From Chrysemys picta bellii (Eukaryota), in the NCBI RefSeq assembly GCF_011386835.1, contig NC_088805.1, positions 11,532,001 to 11,596,000 on the forward strand: a stretch of 64,000 nucleotides of DNA, in the 5' to 3' direction. Shown here in pieces: positions 1-25,762 of this stretch. The notes beneath the pieces were generated by a model. It saw only the letters and a list, made by a program, of their open reading frames with translations, searched no databases and was not told the origin of the DNA. A program made the translations under genes and the position numbers. How positions within the stretch are numbered: position 1 is the first letter of the stretch; the number at the start of each line of letters is the position of its first letter.

Positions 1-169
1 CATATATCCAACGGCATATAGATAAGCATGGTAAAAGCGTCAGTTGTGATATAGAAAAACCATGAGTATTCAATAAATATTTCTGTTCTATATTTAGAAA
101 AAAGCAGGATGATGTATTAATATCTTCCAATGATAATGAAATACTTTCTATTCCATCAGTAACTAGGGA

Positions 170-1715
170 GGCTGTTAAACAGCAATTATTACAGTTAAAT
201 ATTTTTATGTCTGCTTGACCAGATAACTTGCACCCAAGAGTATTAAAATAATTGACCGAGGAGCATTCTGAAACACTGTTGTTGATTTTTAACAAATCTT
301 GAGACACTGAAGTTCCAGAGGACTAGAAAAAAAGCTAAAGTAATCTCAGTATTTAAAAGGGGTTAACACATTGACCCAGGTAATAGGCTGGTTAGCCTGA
401 CATCAATCCCAGGCAAAATCATGGAAAGGCTGATTTGGGACCCAATCAGTAAAGAATTAAAGGACAAAGAATTTTTATCAAAAATAGTCCTTTGTCAAAC
501 AAACTTGTTATAATTTGAATTTAGATTACAAATTTGGTCGATAAAGATAACTATTCACATAATAGACTTCTGTAAGGCCTTTGACTTAGTCCTGTATGAC
601 ATTCTAATAAAAAAAATAGCACTATACAAAATCAAGGTAGCCCATATTAAAAGGGTTAAAATTGGTTAATATGAAGATTGCAAAAAAGCAATTGTAAATG
701 AAGAATTGTAATCCAGTGTGAGTATTTCTAGTGGGGTCCTGCAGTAATTTGTTCAAAGATATTCAATGTCTTTATCAATAATTTAGAAGAATACATAACA
801 TCATTCCTGGTGAAATTTGAGGATGACACACAAATTGGTGCAGTGGTAAATAATGATAGAGACAGGTCACTTATATAGGTTGATTTCAATTTCTTGGTAA
901 GGTGAGTTCATTTGAACAACAATCTAATTTTAATACAATCTAATACAAGATCATACATCTAGGAACAAAAAATGTAGGTCACAACTGCAAAATGGAGAAC
1001 TGTATCCTAAAATGAAGTGACAATGGAAAGGGTTTAGGAGTCATGGTAGATAACCAACTGAACATGAGCTCCCAGTGTGATGCTGTGGCTCAGAGGGCGA
1101 ATGGTACCTTTGGATGTATAATCAAGAGAAGATCAAGTATGACTAGGAAGGTAGTATTATATCTGTACACAGCTTTAGTGAGACCATTACTGGAATACTG
1201 AGTCCAAGTCTGGTGCCTACATGTAAAAAAAATGTGCTGAAAATTTGGAAAGGGTAGAGAAAAGAGATGCAGTTATTTGAGGTCTGGAAAACATGCCTTA
1301 TGGTGATAGACTTAAGCTTGATCTATTTTGTTTTCCAAAGAGAAGGTTAAGAGATGACTTGGTCCCAGGCTACAAATACCGACTTGGGGAAAAGATTTCT
1401 GATAGTAGATGGCTCTTTATCACAAAGACACATGAGATTAAACGGTCAGAAGCTGAAATTAGACAAACTGAGATTAGAAATAAGGTGCAAATAGGTAGCA
1501 CTGAGGGTAATTAACTATTGGAACAACTTACTGAGGAATACGGTGGCTTCTCCATAGCTTGAAGGCTTTACATCAGGACTGGATATCTTTCTACAAAGAT
1601 ATGCTATACTTCAAACAGATGTTATGGTCTTGATGCAGAGATTACTGGATGAGTTTCTTTGGCCTATATTATGCCCGAGGTCAGACTAAATGATCATAAT
1701 GCCTCTTTCTGCTCT
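170..1715 (+). mobile_element. Degraded CR1 LINE, ORF2 RT region plus 3' end
   Basis: Frameshifted remnants of LTS.PGKIME, DF.KAFD, SSGV.Q, KF.DDT; CR1 tail ...gaggtcagactaaatgatcataatg. Confidence 0.85.
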
Positions 1716-2699
1716 TATCTCCTGCATTTGTTTCAAGCTGCAGTCACACTGTTTTCACACTGAGTCAATGTGTCTGATAGTTATTAGAAAGTAATATCTG
1801 GTCCTTGGTCTTCCATTGTATCTCCAATGCAACTTAATACTTATGTGGTATGCTAATTAATTCATACCAACACAGACATGCCAACTGTACATTAATCTTA
1901 CCCAGATTCCTGTTCCAAGAAATAAATTAATCGCCTCATATCCAGTGGGTAACAATACAAAGTGAGTTGAGAAACTGAATTACACATATTTTGTCATAAC
2001 AATATTACAGAAATTCCTCACATTCGGTTCTGGGTATTTTCTCATTCTTTAAGCTCCCATAGGGATTTCAGCAGATGCCATTAGCCACCTTCAGATCAGA
2101 GAATGAGGTAAAGCTTAAAAGCATTCCATGGTCTATTCTTGTGTACTACCTATTGAACTTCATTCCTGCAGCAAATTCAGTTCTCATTCGCTAGTGACTG
2201 CTGGAGGAAGGTAACTGGTCCCTGAACACTGTTACACTGTTGGGTCTGTCCAAAAGAGTCAGATCTGATTCCCACCACAATTGCACAAGATGATGATCCA
2301 AGGCACAGAGTCTCTGCAGCATCTGTTTCCATTCCTGCTCTTTGTTTATCTTGTCTACTTTGTCTCTAAGCTCTTTGGGCCAGGGCCTCTTTCTCACTTT
2401 GCGTGTGCACAATTTCAGATGGGGTCTCTAGGTGCTCCTAAATATAAATACCACTCTTAACCAGTGGCACCTTTTTTCCAAGGAAGGGGCCACAACCCTG
2501 GACGCCTGTTCCTGGGAAGATGGAGCACCACATGCCAGTCTCCGGGGGAGGCTTCTGTATTCCTGGGCCCTTGTATCCCTGCGGGGATTTGAGCCTAGCC
2601 CTCGCCATGCCTCTGAGAACGGGGTGTGTGTGGGGGAATCCTGACCTCAGCAACAGTCTCCCCGTCAATGGGAGCCGCCCTCATCGCTGCTCCTGGGTG

Positions 2700-3450
2700 G
2701 GATCTCCCATCCCTTTTATCGCGCTACGGGAGGGATCCTTGAACCCTGGTGGCTCCGCAGGCTCCTCACTCCCGGGGGCAGGCCTCGAGCTTGGGCCCCA
2801 GCGGCACGCATCCTGTCGCTATGGGAACAGACGCCAGCGCGATGCATGCCGGGTTGAAACAAAACGCAACAGTAAGAAGCTGCGGTAAGCGGCAGATGTC
2901 GGCCAATGACATGCGCCTGAGATTGTTGCAGAGGCCAATGATTGGTGCACGTGGGCGTGTCTTAGTCGGAAGGGGCGTGGCTAGCAGCATTAGGCTACGG
3001 GGGTGGCGCCGCGCGGTTTCAGTCACATCGGAGAGCTGCCTGCCCGCCCTATCCATCCCTTCCCTCCGCGCTCGGAGCCGCCCAGCACACGGTGAGTGCC
3101 CGACCGGGGCAGGACCCTAGAGCCGGTTAGAGGGCGCTGGGAGAGGTGGGGCCGCACGGCCCGCGAGGAGGGAGAAGGCAACGGCCTCTGGTCATCCCGC
3201 CGGCGGAGGGAGAAGGCGCGGATCAGAGGAGGGCGCCCCGGGGGCGTGGGTTCTTGTGAGCCCTGGCTGGGGGGGGGGGGGGGGTGCTGTGAGTCTATGG
3301 GGGTGGGCGGCGGAAGTACCGATTGGGCGAGGGTACCAGGGGTGGTCGTGGGGGGGGGGGGGACGGACTAGTGAGGGGGAGGAGGGTGCCCTGGCTGGGG
3401 GGGGAGAGGGGGGGAAAGTGACCGGGGGGGGGGGAAGACCCCCGATTGGG
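2700..3450 (+). promoter_or_regulatory. DYNLL1: DYNLL1 CpG-island promoter
   Basis: CpG-rich. CCAAT at 2903 and 2935, ATTGG at 2941, E-box CACGTG 2948-2953, X-box-like GTCGCTATGGGAAC 2815-2828, GC boxes, G-runs in intron 1. Confidence 0.8.
3010..3091 (+). other. DYNLL1: DYNLL1 non-coding exon 1 (5' boundary approximate)
   Basis: Lies downstream of the CCAAT/E-box cluster and ends at a strong donor CACG|GTGAGT (3092). Exon 2 begins at 4430 (ctag|GTAACCATG). Confidence 0.75.
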
Positions 3451-3796
3451 CAAGAGGGGGTACCGATGGAAGTATTCTGGCTTCTTCGGTGCTTTAACCC
3501 CCCCGCCCCCAAGACTAAGATTTGTCTGGCAAAATGAGCATGAGGACGCATGGCAAGACTGTCAATGGACACTCCCAAAGAGCAAGTATCTATGGGAATG
3601 CTACTCAATAGCTTATCTGTGCCAGGGAAATTACATAGAAATTTCTAGCATCTCTATCTTCACAAAGTATTCCAAGCTCTGAATTTAATTTCTTGAAACT
3701 GTATAGTATTTTAAACTACTCGGGGTCTCTATTTGCACTCAAATTATGATTAAGGGCTACTAGGAGGCGTCCACCCCATGACGGTACTGGCTATCC

Positions 3797-3994
3797 CAGG
3801 GGTTCTCAAACCGAGGATTGGAACCCCTTAGGGGGTCACGAGGTGTCCGCTTCCACACCAAACCCTGCTTTGCCTCTAGTATATATAATTGTGTTAAATA
3901 TACAAAACAGTGTTTTTAATTTATAAGGGTGGTTGCACTCAGAGGCTTGCTATGTGAAAGGGGGGTTCCCAGTACAAAAGTTTGAGAACCACTG
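3797..3994. mobile_element. hAT (Charlie-type) MITE in DYNLL1 intron 1
   Basis: TIR CAGGGGTTCTCAAA / TTTGAGAACCACTG; 8-bp TSD ggctatcc / ggctatac. Confidence 0.8.
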
Positions 3995-4429
3995 GGCTAT
4001 ACAGACTATCAGTTTAAACTGATAAGCTTTTTTTTTTAAGCTGAAAAGCCAAAAAGTGATTCTACAGATTCTCTCTTGAGAAAGAGATCATGATCAGTGA
4101 AACTGAAAATGTTCCTAACTATGCTTTCAAACCAGTTACTTCAGCTGAAAGGGAGGGAGGAAAGTACTACAGCTGAAAAATTACATCCAGTTTACTTCAC
4201 TGTCTGTATAACGTATGTCACTGGCTGTAGAGCTGACGTCCGCATGCTTTGAGGAGACGTGTTTTGCATTAAGGCTTGGCCAATGTTCTTAAGCTACTAG
4301 ATAGTGACCATAAAAATCATGCATTGTACAAGACCAAGCCTATTAAACAGACTGTCTGTGGGAGTTTTGGGTGGTGGATGCTCCTACTGCCATGTCAAAT
4401 TATTTTGTGCGCGCGTGCGTGCTCCCTAG

Positions 4430-7335
<2,906 letters not shown>

Positions 7336-7570
7336 AGCACAGACTGTGCTATCCAAACTTGCATCCAGTTCCAGGACTGCACACTAACTCCAAATAGAGA
7401 CTGAAATCTTAAGCCTTCCCTGGGGAACACACTTTGCTCTTCAAGCCTTTTGTTGTGGTGGTAATGGACAGGGACTCCTCTGTACCAGTTTGTTTTCATT
7501 GTTGCTATAAAAAATAGCAAAAGAGTCTTTCTTGTATTTATTTTCTTTCCAAAAACCTGCTTCCCTTTTT

Positions 7571-7576
7571 AATAAA
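7571..7576 (+). terminator. DYNLL1: DYNLL1 polyadenylation signal AATAAA
   Basis: First AATAAA about 235 nt after the stop, in U-rich context. Confidence 0.6.
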
Positions 7577-8624
7577 ACTGTTGGATATACTCAACCTTTA
7601 AGAGTTTATTCTAATAGTTTTATAGCAATCTATCCCACTGAGCCCTATATAGATTCTGGTAGTAAGCTCTAAATTTGTACTAAGCTCCATGAAAACAAGT
7701 GAAAAGTATTTCATAAAGTGAGTATTTTCTCTAACCCAAAAGTTGATCTAAAGCTGTTAATATAGAAAAGTTCACTGCTGGCATAGACCGGTACATCTGC
7801 CTTAGCTTTTGTAAAGTTGGAGCTGTAATTCTTGTGAAGTTAGCCTCTACTTTTATCCATCTGAAGTTCATATTATTTTTCTTATTCACTCACCTATAGC
7901 CTTTATCAACCAGCAATAGCTCCATGTAGTTCTGGTCCAAGGCTGTGAGTGGCTGTACACTTTCCTTCTCTATTTTATGGAACATATTTGTAATATTGTC
8001 TAATAGAACAGTGAGTCTTAATCCATTTCTATGAGAGAGATTCCATGATGCTAGCTACTACATAGATCCTTCAGGGCTGTGCTGGCTGAGGCTGCTATAG
8101 TCCCAGTAAGCAGGACCAGTTCTAAGGATGTTAGTGAGGAGGACAAGTAGTTCTTCATGTTTAAGCACTTCCCTGGGGCTAGCACTAGCTTTGAGCTGGG
8201 AACTAGATCCTTTCAAATGATGAGGGTAAAGCCCCAGTGTGCAAAACTTATGGATGTTCACCAGCTTCAGTACAAAGACTCCTTAGCCATCATGGGGCTG
8301 TGGCTCTAAACTTGAAAGTTACAGCAGCTTCTGGAGAAGGTATGCCAGCCTCATTTGGTACTAAGGCAGGAAAAGGGGCAGAGAGTATAGTGCTTTCAGC
8401 TGCTAATATCTCTGCTTTGGTTTAAAAGTCTTGATACAGCAGGGAGAGTTGCTACCTTCCCATTTGAAGTAGCACTTAGTACAACTCAGCTATGAAGAGG
8501 CTTTCTGATGCTCTTCTGCATTAGAAGTAATGTTCAATTACCTTATGCTTCCATATTTAACACTTAAGCAAGATTCATAACCGTACAACAATTAATCACT
8601 CAATACTTGTTTGAAAACCTTGCC

Positions 8625-8636
8625 TTTATTTTTATT
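8625..8636 (-). terminator. COQ5: Candidate COQ5 polyadenylation signal (twin AATAAA on the minus strand)
   Basis: Plus strand tttatt-tttatt, about 1.45 kb past the stop. Confidence 0.4.
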
Positions 8637-10087
8637 GGAGGTGGAAGAGTAAAATCTCTACTTACCTGTGGCTCTGCTCTAAATTCCAGTTGAGGTAGTT
8701 TAGAATTCAGGACACTGTCTGTCAAATGATTAGATTAAGTGTCCTGCTGTAGCATGAACCACTTAAAGTAGTGAATTAAGTGTTAGTCCTACAATAAATG
8801 ATGCACCAAGAGTTGATTAATGTGATTCATTTAAGGGCATCTGAAGTCACATTGCATCCAAGCTTCTTTAATAGATATTTCATACTACTACAGTGATTGT
8901 TTACTAGTTTGCAAGCTACCAGCAGGTTACAATAACTTATGTATCAAGCCTGCTTATGATTTTTTTCTATCAACTATGCATTCTGAGCTAGACAAGGCTG
9001 TGCCTATTTTTCCCCTGTGGTACTTACCACATTTCAGTCCTACACTCTCATTCTGGTATAGAAACACAGATTACTAAACCTCCAGGCAGCTAGTAAGAAC
9101 TGAATTAAATTACTCACTTTAAACTTTACTAAACAAACTACCAGAATGCAGCTCAAATAAGGGGTAAATAAAGACATAAGATTTTTAATACAATATTTCT
9201 AGCTTTTCCATATTCACTACTGCAGAAGTTTCCTTGGATCTTGGTAACTTGTCAGTCTTAATAGGATACAGAGGTAAACTAGTGGAAGATTTCTCCAAAG
9301 ACAGGGTGCAAGGTGATGGGTAGGGTATTTCACAATTACAGCACTATTTCAGGACAACATAGTTAAAACGAGGACAGTGAACAGATTCTTTCAGAACTTT
9401 ATCCCCATCACTGAGGAAATACGTTAACAGTAACTTGCTACTTCTGCAGATAAGTCTTCAGGAATCAGTGACATTTTCCACACAAAAGTGAGACTGATAT
9501 TAAATTTTATATAAGATCTTTAAAATAAAATAAATACACAAAAACCCTACATGTCACACACACTTGTCATGTCCATACCCACCTTGAACTAGAGTCATTA
9601 CTTCAATACAATATAGGGCGATATCTTGTTTGAAGGCTAGTTGGTCCATGTTTACCTTCCATCAGTTCTATTACGGGTGTATGGAGTATATGCTGTCAAG
9701 CTTACATAAGTCTTAAATGTGATTTTTGCCATATCCTCACCACTGTACTTTAGAAGATGAACGTGGTTAGTACATATATTTAATACTTGAGTCACTGTCT
9801 GAGGTTTTGGGAAAGTGGTAATCAGTTCAGAGTGAGTACAGGCCAGGCATCAAGCAATCACTTGATCCATAAATACCTAATTGGCAGAGGGATTCCAGGT
9901 CCTGACCTGGTTGTAAGAACATAATTTCAACTTTTCAGAAACCCAAAATCTGAAGCTTTAGCTTCTGCAGAGAGACCAGGTCTTCCCTCCAGTCTATCTT
10001 GGCAGTGAAGTTTTTGGAGTTGGATAGCTTTTAGCTTCCTCAGGGGAAATATCCTTTATCCTTCAAGAGCTTTGCAAAGTAGGAGGG

Positions 10088-20763
<10,676 letters not shown>

Positions 20764-21060
20764 CTTTAGTAGCGGCGTGAACTTTGCACTCACAGAACGC
20801 GTCTCCGAGTCACGTGACTCTTCACGCCCCGCCAATGGGAAGCCCGCCTGGAGAGGAGTAAATAAAGCGCGTGATTCTTATCGGCCCGATGGCAGGGAGG
20901 GCGGGTTTTACTATGTAACTACCACTCTTAAGCTGGGACCGCGGAACGTGGTGCTGGGGGCCGAGGCTCGGGGTTACCGAGGGAACAGGGGCCTGGTATC
21001 TCTGGTGCCCGTGGTTCGTTCGCCTCCTACCCAGAGAAATGGGCTTTGAAGCGCGACCCT
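20764..21060 (-). promoter_or_regulatory. COQ5: COQ5 CpG-island promoter
   Basis: Palindromic GTCACGTGAC at 20809-20818, CCAAT at 20832, GC box GGGCGG near 20899; CpG-rich. Confidence 0.7.
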
Positions 21061-21066
21061 GGATTT

Positions 21067-22208
21067 ACCGCCCCTCGCGTCTGCCCCGTGACGCCGCACC
21101 GCGACCCCAAACCCACCGCCTTTCGCGTCTCTCCCTCCCCCCGCTCCGCAGCGCGACCCCGAACCTACCGCCCCTCGCGTCTGCCCTGTGACCCCGCACC
21201 GCGATCCTAAACCCACCGCCTTTCACTCCTGTCTCTCCCCCCTCCGCACCGCGACCCCAAACCCACCGCCTTTCGCGTCTCTCCCTCCCCCCGCTCCGCA
21301 GCGCGACCCCGAACCTACCGCCCCTCGCGTCTGCCCTGTGACCCCGCACCGCGACCCCAAACCCACCGCCTTTCGCGTCTCTCCCTCCCCCCCCTCCGCA
21401 GCGCGACCCCCATCTACCGCTTCGCGTCTGCCCCGTGACCCCGCACCGCGATCCTAAACCCGCCGCCCTCGCGTCTGCCCCGTGACCCCGCACCGCAAAC
21501 CCACCGCCTTTCACTCCTGTCTCTCCCCCCCTCCGCAGCGCGACTCCGAACCTACCGCCCCTCGCGTCTGCCCTGTGACCCCGCACCGCGATCCTAAACC
21601 CACCGCCTTTCGCATCTCTCCCTCTCCCCAGCCCCGCACCGCGACCCCAAACCCACCGCCTTTCGCGTCTCTCCCTCCCCCCAGCCCCGCACCGCAACCC
21701 CCATCTACCGCTTCGCGTCTGCCCCGTGACCCCGCACCGCGATCCTAAACCCGCCGCCCTCGCGTCTGCCCCGTGACCCCGCACCGCAAACCCACCGCCT
21801 TTCACTCCTGTCTCTCCCCCCCTCCGCAGCGCGACTCCGAACCTACCGCCCCTCGCGTCTGCCCTGTGACCCCGCACCGCGATCCTAAACCCACCGCCTT
21901 TCGCATCTCTCCCTCTCCCCAGCCCCGCACCGCGACCCCAAACCCACCGCCTTTCGCGTCTCTCCCTCCCCCCAGCCCCGCACCGCAACCCCCATCTACC
22001 GCTTCGCGTCTGCCCCGTGACCCCGCACCGCGATCCTAAACCCACCGCCCTCGCGTCTGCCCCGTGACCCCGCACCGCGATCCTAAACCCACCGCCTTTC
22101 GCGTCTTCCTTCCCCCCCCCCGCTCCGCAGCGCGACCCCGAACCTACCGCCCCTCGCGTCTGCCCGTGACCCCACACCGCAAACCTACTGCCTTTCGTGT
22201 CTCTCCCT
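21067..22208. repeat. GC/CpG-rich minisatellite (about 50-nt A/B monomers, 291-nt higher-order unit)
   Basis: Monomer A accgcccctcgcgtctgccccgtgaccccgcaccgcgatcctaaaccc; monomer B accgcctttcgcgtctctccctccccc.... ORF-track entries at 21482 and 21773 are identical, 291 nt apart. Confidence 0.95.
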
Positions 22209-22216
22209 GCGGCCCC

Positions 22217-22339
22217 ATGGGTGACCAGATAGTAGCAAGTGTGAAAAATCAGGACAGGAGGGGTAAATAAACCCTTATATAAGACAAGGCTCTGAATATT
22301 GGGACTGTCCCTATAAAATTGGGCCATCTGGTCACCCTA
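22217..22339. mobile_element. hAT (Blackjack-like) MITE
   Basis: TIR (a/t)GGGTGACCAGAT / ATCTGGTCACCCTA. Confidence 0.65.
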
Positions 22340-23603
22340 ACAGCCCTGCATGCACTGCGACCCCCATCCCACTGCGCTTCGCCTGGACCCTGCACTGCGA
22401 CCCCGCAAACCACCCACCCACCCACCGTCCTGCACTCTGAGGAAATCCTGAACTCAACACCATTCTCTCCACTGCTCATTTCTAATCTAACATCTGAGTC
22501 CACAACCCTTATTCAGTTGCCTAGCCCCATCCACATCAGTGAACCAAGCAGGTGAGTAAGAGCTGCACAATAAATACAGGCAAAGCAGCACTTAGGGTAC
22601 TACTTTCCAATAGCTCACATAGCACTCTTCAGCTAAGAACCTCTAGCAGGTTACAAGTGTTTGTTAAGTTTAATTGACCTCATTTAAGGCTGCTTTTTTT
22701 CAAACATGGGCATTTGTATCAATGTATAGAACCATAATATGCATGGTTATAAAGACCCAGATCCATGAATGTATTTAGGAACCTAACTCCTATTGATTTC
22801 AATGCAAGTTACGCACCAAAATACCTTTGAGGATCTGGCCCATAGTCATGTTCACATGTAAGTCAAACAACTTTATAAACCAGTTGAACCACAACTGCTT
22901 TCAAAACATGTTTGAACGTGACTGAAAGCCTTGGCTAAGCAGAAACATAGAGCTAGCCATTCCCCATTACTGCATTTAAAATTTAAATACGCCATTACAA
23001 ATTTCAGGTACATGAGTGTGTGAGTTATTACTCCATTGTGGTCTGATCTGTTTATTGACTTTTTTTTTAGGTACTGAAGTTTGTGTAGCTTAGAACAGAA
23101 AATATCAAATACCCAAAGCTTTGTACATTATTATTTAGATTGTGGTAGCATCCAAAATTATGTGTTACACACTTCCCCAAACCAGAAAAAGGCACCAGTC
23201 CCTGCCTTAACATATATCCAATCCAAGGACTCTGATCCTACAAGTTGTTCCATATTGACTCAGGGATCCACTCGTGTAGAACAACTTGCAGGATCACAAC
23301 TAAAAAAGATAGACAAAGTGATACATCTTATAAGACTAAGCTCCAATCCTGCAATTAATGTTGCATGGCCCTTCCCCTTTGACTTTTTGATTTTGGAGCC
23401 CCTTTAACTTCACTGGGGCTAAATGAGTGCAAATGGTTCTGCCTATGCAGAAAATTGTAGGCTCGGCCCTAGTGAGCAGTGTTCACAACTGATTACAGTT
23501 TACTTCTTATCAACCCCTTCTCTTAAATGAGTAGTTCACTCATGAAATAAATAACTTCATGATTTAGCTAACTTTACATGGCTTTGCAGAAGTAATGGGT
23601 CTT

Positions 23604-23833
23604 CTCATAACATAGGAATGAGGGGTCACCAAATGAAATTAATAGGCTGCAGGTTTAAAACAAACAAAAGGAAGTATTTTTTCACACAACGCACAGTCAA
23701 CCTGTAGTTGATGGTTGATGATTACCTGTTCTGTTCATTCCCTCTGAGGCGGCTGACATTGGCCACTGTTGGAAGACAGGATACTGGGCTAGACGGACCT
23801 TTGGTCGGACCCAGTATGGCCGTTCTTATGTTC
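23604..23833 (+). mobile_element. CR1 3' end fragment
   Basis: gaggggtcaccaaatgaaattaatagg...ggtcggacccagtatggccgttcttatgttc. Confidence 0.8.
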
Positions 23834-24063
23834 AGGAATAATTAAAAAAAGAGAATGGTGGCTTTGTGGACAAGCCTGGGGAAGGCATTCCATGCATATG
23901 AGGCAATGTGGAAGAAAGTGAAGAGACTTGAGGGAGAAGCAGATAACCAGACATGAAGGTTAAAACTGATTTCTTCATAATATGAAGATAAGGAGATACT
24001 AAAGTACAAATAAAAAGAACGAGGCGTACTTGTGGTACCTTAGAGCCTAACACATTTATTTGG

Positions 24064-24103
24064 GCATAAGCTTTCATGGGCTAAAACTCACTTCATCAGA
24101 TGC
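24064..24103 (-). ncRNA. Minimal hammerhead ribozyme motif (PLE type), core intact
   Basis: Minus strand GCAU-CUGAUGA-A-GUGAGUUUUAGCCCAU-GAAA-GC-UU-AUGC. Confidence 0.6.
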
Positions 24104-24532
24104 ATGCAGTGGAAAATACAGTAGGAAGATATATATATACAGAGAACATGAAAAAATGGGGGTTGCCATACCAACTCTAATGAGACTAATCAATTAAGGT
24201 GCGCTATTATCATCAGGAGAAAATTTATTTTAATTAATTTGCAAACTGGACACCATTAAATTAGGCTTGAATAAAGACTGGGAGTGGATGGGTCATTGCA
24301 CAAACTACAAACTATTTTCCCATGCTAATTTTTCCCCTACTGTTACTCACACCTTCTTGTCAACTGTTTGAAATGGGCCATCCTGATTATCACTACAAAA
24401 AATTTTTTTCTCCTGCTAATAATAGCCCACCTTAATTGATTAGTCTCGTTAAAAGTTGGTATGGCAACCCCCATTTCTTCATGTTCTCTGTGTATATATA
24501 TATTTATCTTCTTACTGTATTTTCCACTGCAT

Positions 24533-24572
24533 GCATCTGATGAAGTGAGTTTTAGCCCACAAAAGCTTATGC
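24533..24572 (+). ncRNA. Minimal hammerhead motif, G12>A (probably inactive)
   Basis: GCAU-CUGAUGA-A-GUGAGUUUUAGCCCAC-AAAA-GC-UU-AUGC. Confidence 0.5.
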
Positions 24573-25147
24573 CCAAATAAATTTGTTAGTCTCTAAGATG
24601 CCATAAGTACTCCTCGTTCTTTTTGCTGATACAGACTAACACGGCCACCACTCTAAAGTACAAATGTACTTCTTCCTCTGGACCTCCTTGACCAGACACA
24701 TTAATCTACTAAATAAAGGTAATGTTGTACTAAGTTTGTTTTATCTTTCTAAGCATCTAGATAGCTAGTGGTACATTTCTGATGGATTCATCGCCTTAGT
24801 ATTTAGGCATCCACCTCTTGGTCAACAGACCATCTAGAGAATTTGTTGATCCATATAATTTTTTTTTTGGTAGAATTAACATGCTAAAATGAAGCAAAGG
24901 TTCTTCTGGATTCCAAGAAATGTGGGAAGTAGCTGACACTCCCCAACCCTCAGGGTTATGGGGTGTGTTGCCTCAGATTTATGAGATACTGGATCCTTCA
25001 AGGGAGGCAGCATTTTATGGAGTCTCTGTCATGACCTGCAATCCTTCTGCATATGTAACCCATTAGCAAGATGGAAACAACTACAGCCTGTATTGATATT
25101 TTGCTTTATACGTTGATTTTCCATCCAGTTTTAAAATACTAGTACAG

Positions 25148-25750
25148 GTATATGAATTGGAAAAGGGGGTGAACAGTGAGGTGGCAAAATTTGCAGATGA
25201 CACAACATTATTTTGTGATGTCTAATGAGGACTATGAGGAATGGTAGAAAGACCTAAAGAAGCTAGGTGAAAGGGCAACATGATGACAGATGACATTAAT
25301 GTTGATAAATGTAAAATAATGTACATTGGAGGGAAAAATTGGAACTACCCCTACACCTTAAAAGGGTTTAAATTAAATGGATCAGGTCAGGAAAAGGATC
25401 TGGGTATTGGTGTGGGCAGTTCAACAGAGATCTCTGGTCAATGTACAGCTGTGGTAAAAAATGCGAACAAAATGTTAGGATGTATAAGGAATGGGACGGA
25501 GAATGATACAGAAAATATTATAATGTCATTGTATAAACTAGTGCTTCACCCTCACCTGGAATACAATGTTCAGTACTGTTCACAGTACTCAGTGTTCACT
25601 CCATCTCAAAAAAGATACTGTAGAATTAGAGGGAGTGGAGAAACAAGCGATGAGCATGATTAGGGGTAAGGAAAAACTCTTTTATGATGAGAGATTGAAA
25701 AGATTGGTATAGTTTACTTTTGAGAAAAAACAAGAGGCCTGTGATAAAAG
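25148..25750 (+). mobile_element. CR1 LINE RT C-terminal fragment
   Basis: KFADDT motif; ORF 25280-25663 DKCKIMYIG...EKDLG...NKMLGCI...PHLEY. Confidence 0.85.
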
Positions 25751-25762
25751 TATGATAAAAGA

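Larger units (their letters stand above)
24012..24658. mobile_element. Penelope-like element fragment with inverted pLTR copy (arms about 24012-24232 and 24405-24623)
   Basis: End of a GIY-YIG-like ORF (LICKLDTIKLGLNKDWEWMGH, about 24235-24300); pLTR tail ...gtactcctcgttctttttgctgatacagactaacacggc; two hammerhead-like motifs in opposite orientation. Confidence 0.75.

Noticed and set aside
1-2700. SRSF9, expected upstream of DYNLL1 by synteny
   Set aside because: No RRM or RS exons found; the region is CR1 and intergenic sequence, so the gene probably lies outside the window.
2432-3682. Cluster of 70-138 aa ORFs over the DYNLL1 island (similarly at 26-27.5 kb and 54.7-55.9 kb)
   Set aside because: GC-rich sequence depleted of stop codons; low-complexity translations on both strands.
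20764-20835. N-terminal extension of COQ5
   Set aside because: The ORF track starts at a TTG. The first ATG is 20763 and the extension overlaps promoter motifs.
21067-22208. CRISPR-like or telomeric array (cctaaaccc motifs)
   Set aside because: No unique spacers and the context is eukaryotic. The motif is isolated within monomers and is not a TTAGGG tract.
21065-22327. 420-aa Gly/Arg-rich ORF on the minus strand (and 68-89 aa ORFs on plus)
   Set aside because: It is the translation of the GC-rich minisatellite, which lacks stop codons. Its ATG lies in a hAT MITE, and it has no domain or splice link to COQ5.
25280-25663. 127-aa ORF as a gene (likewise 1293-1514)
   Set aside because: CR1 reverse-transcriptase debris.
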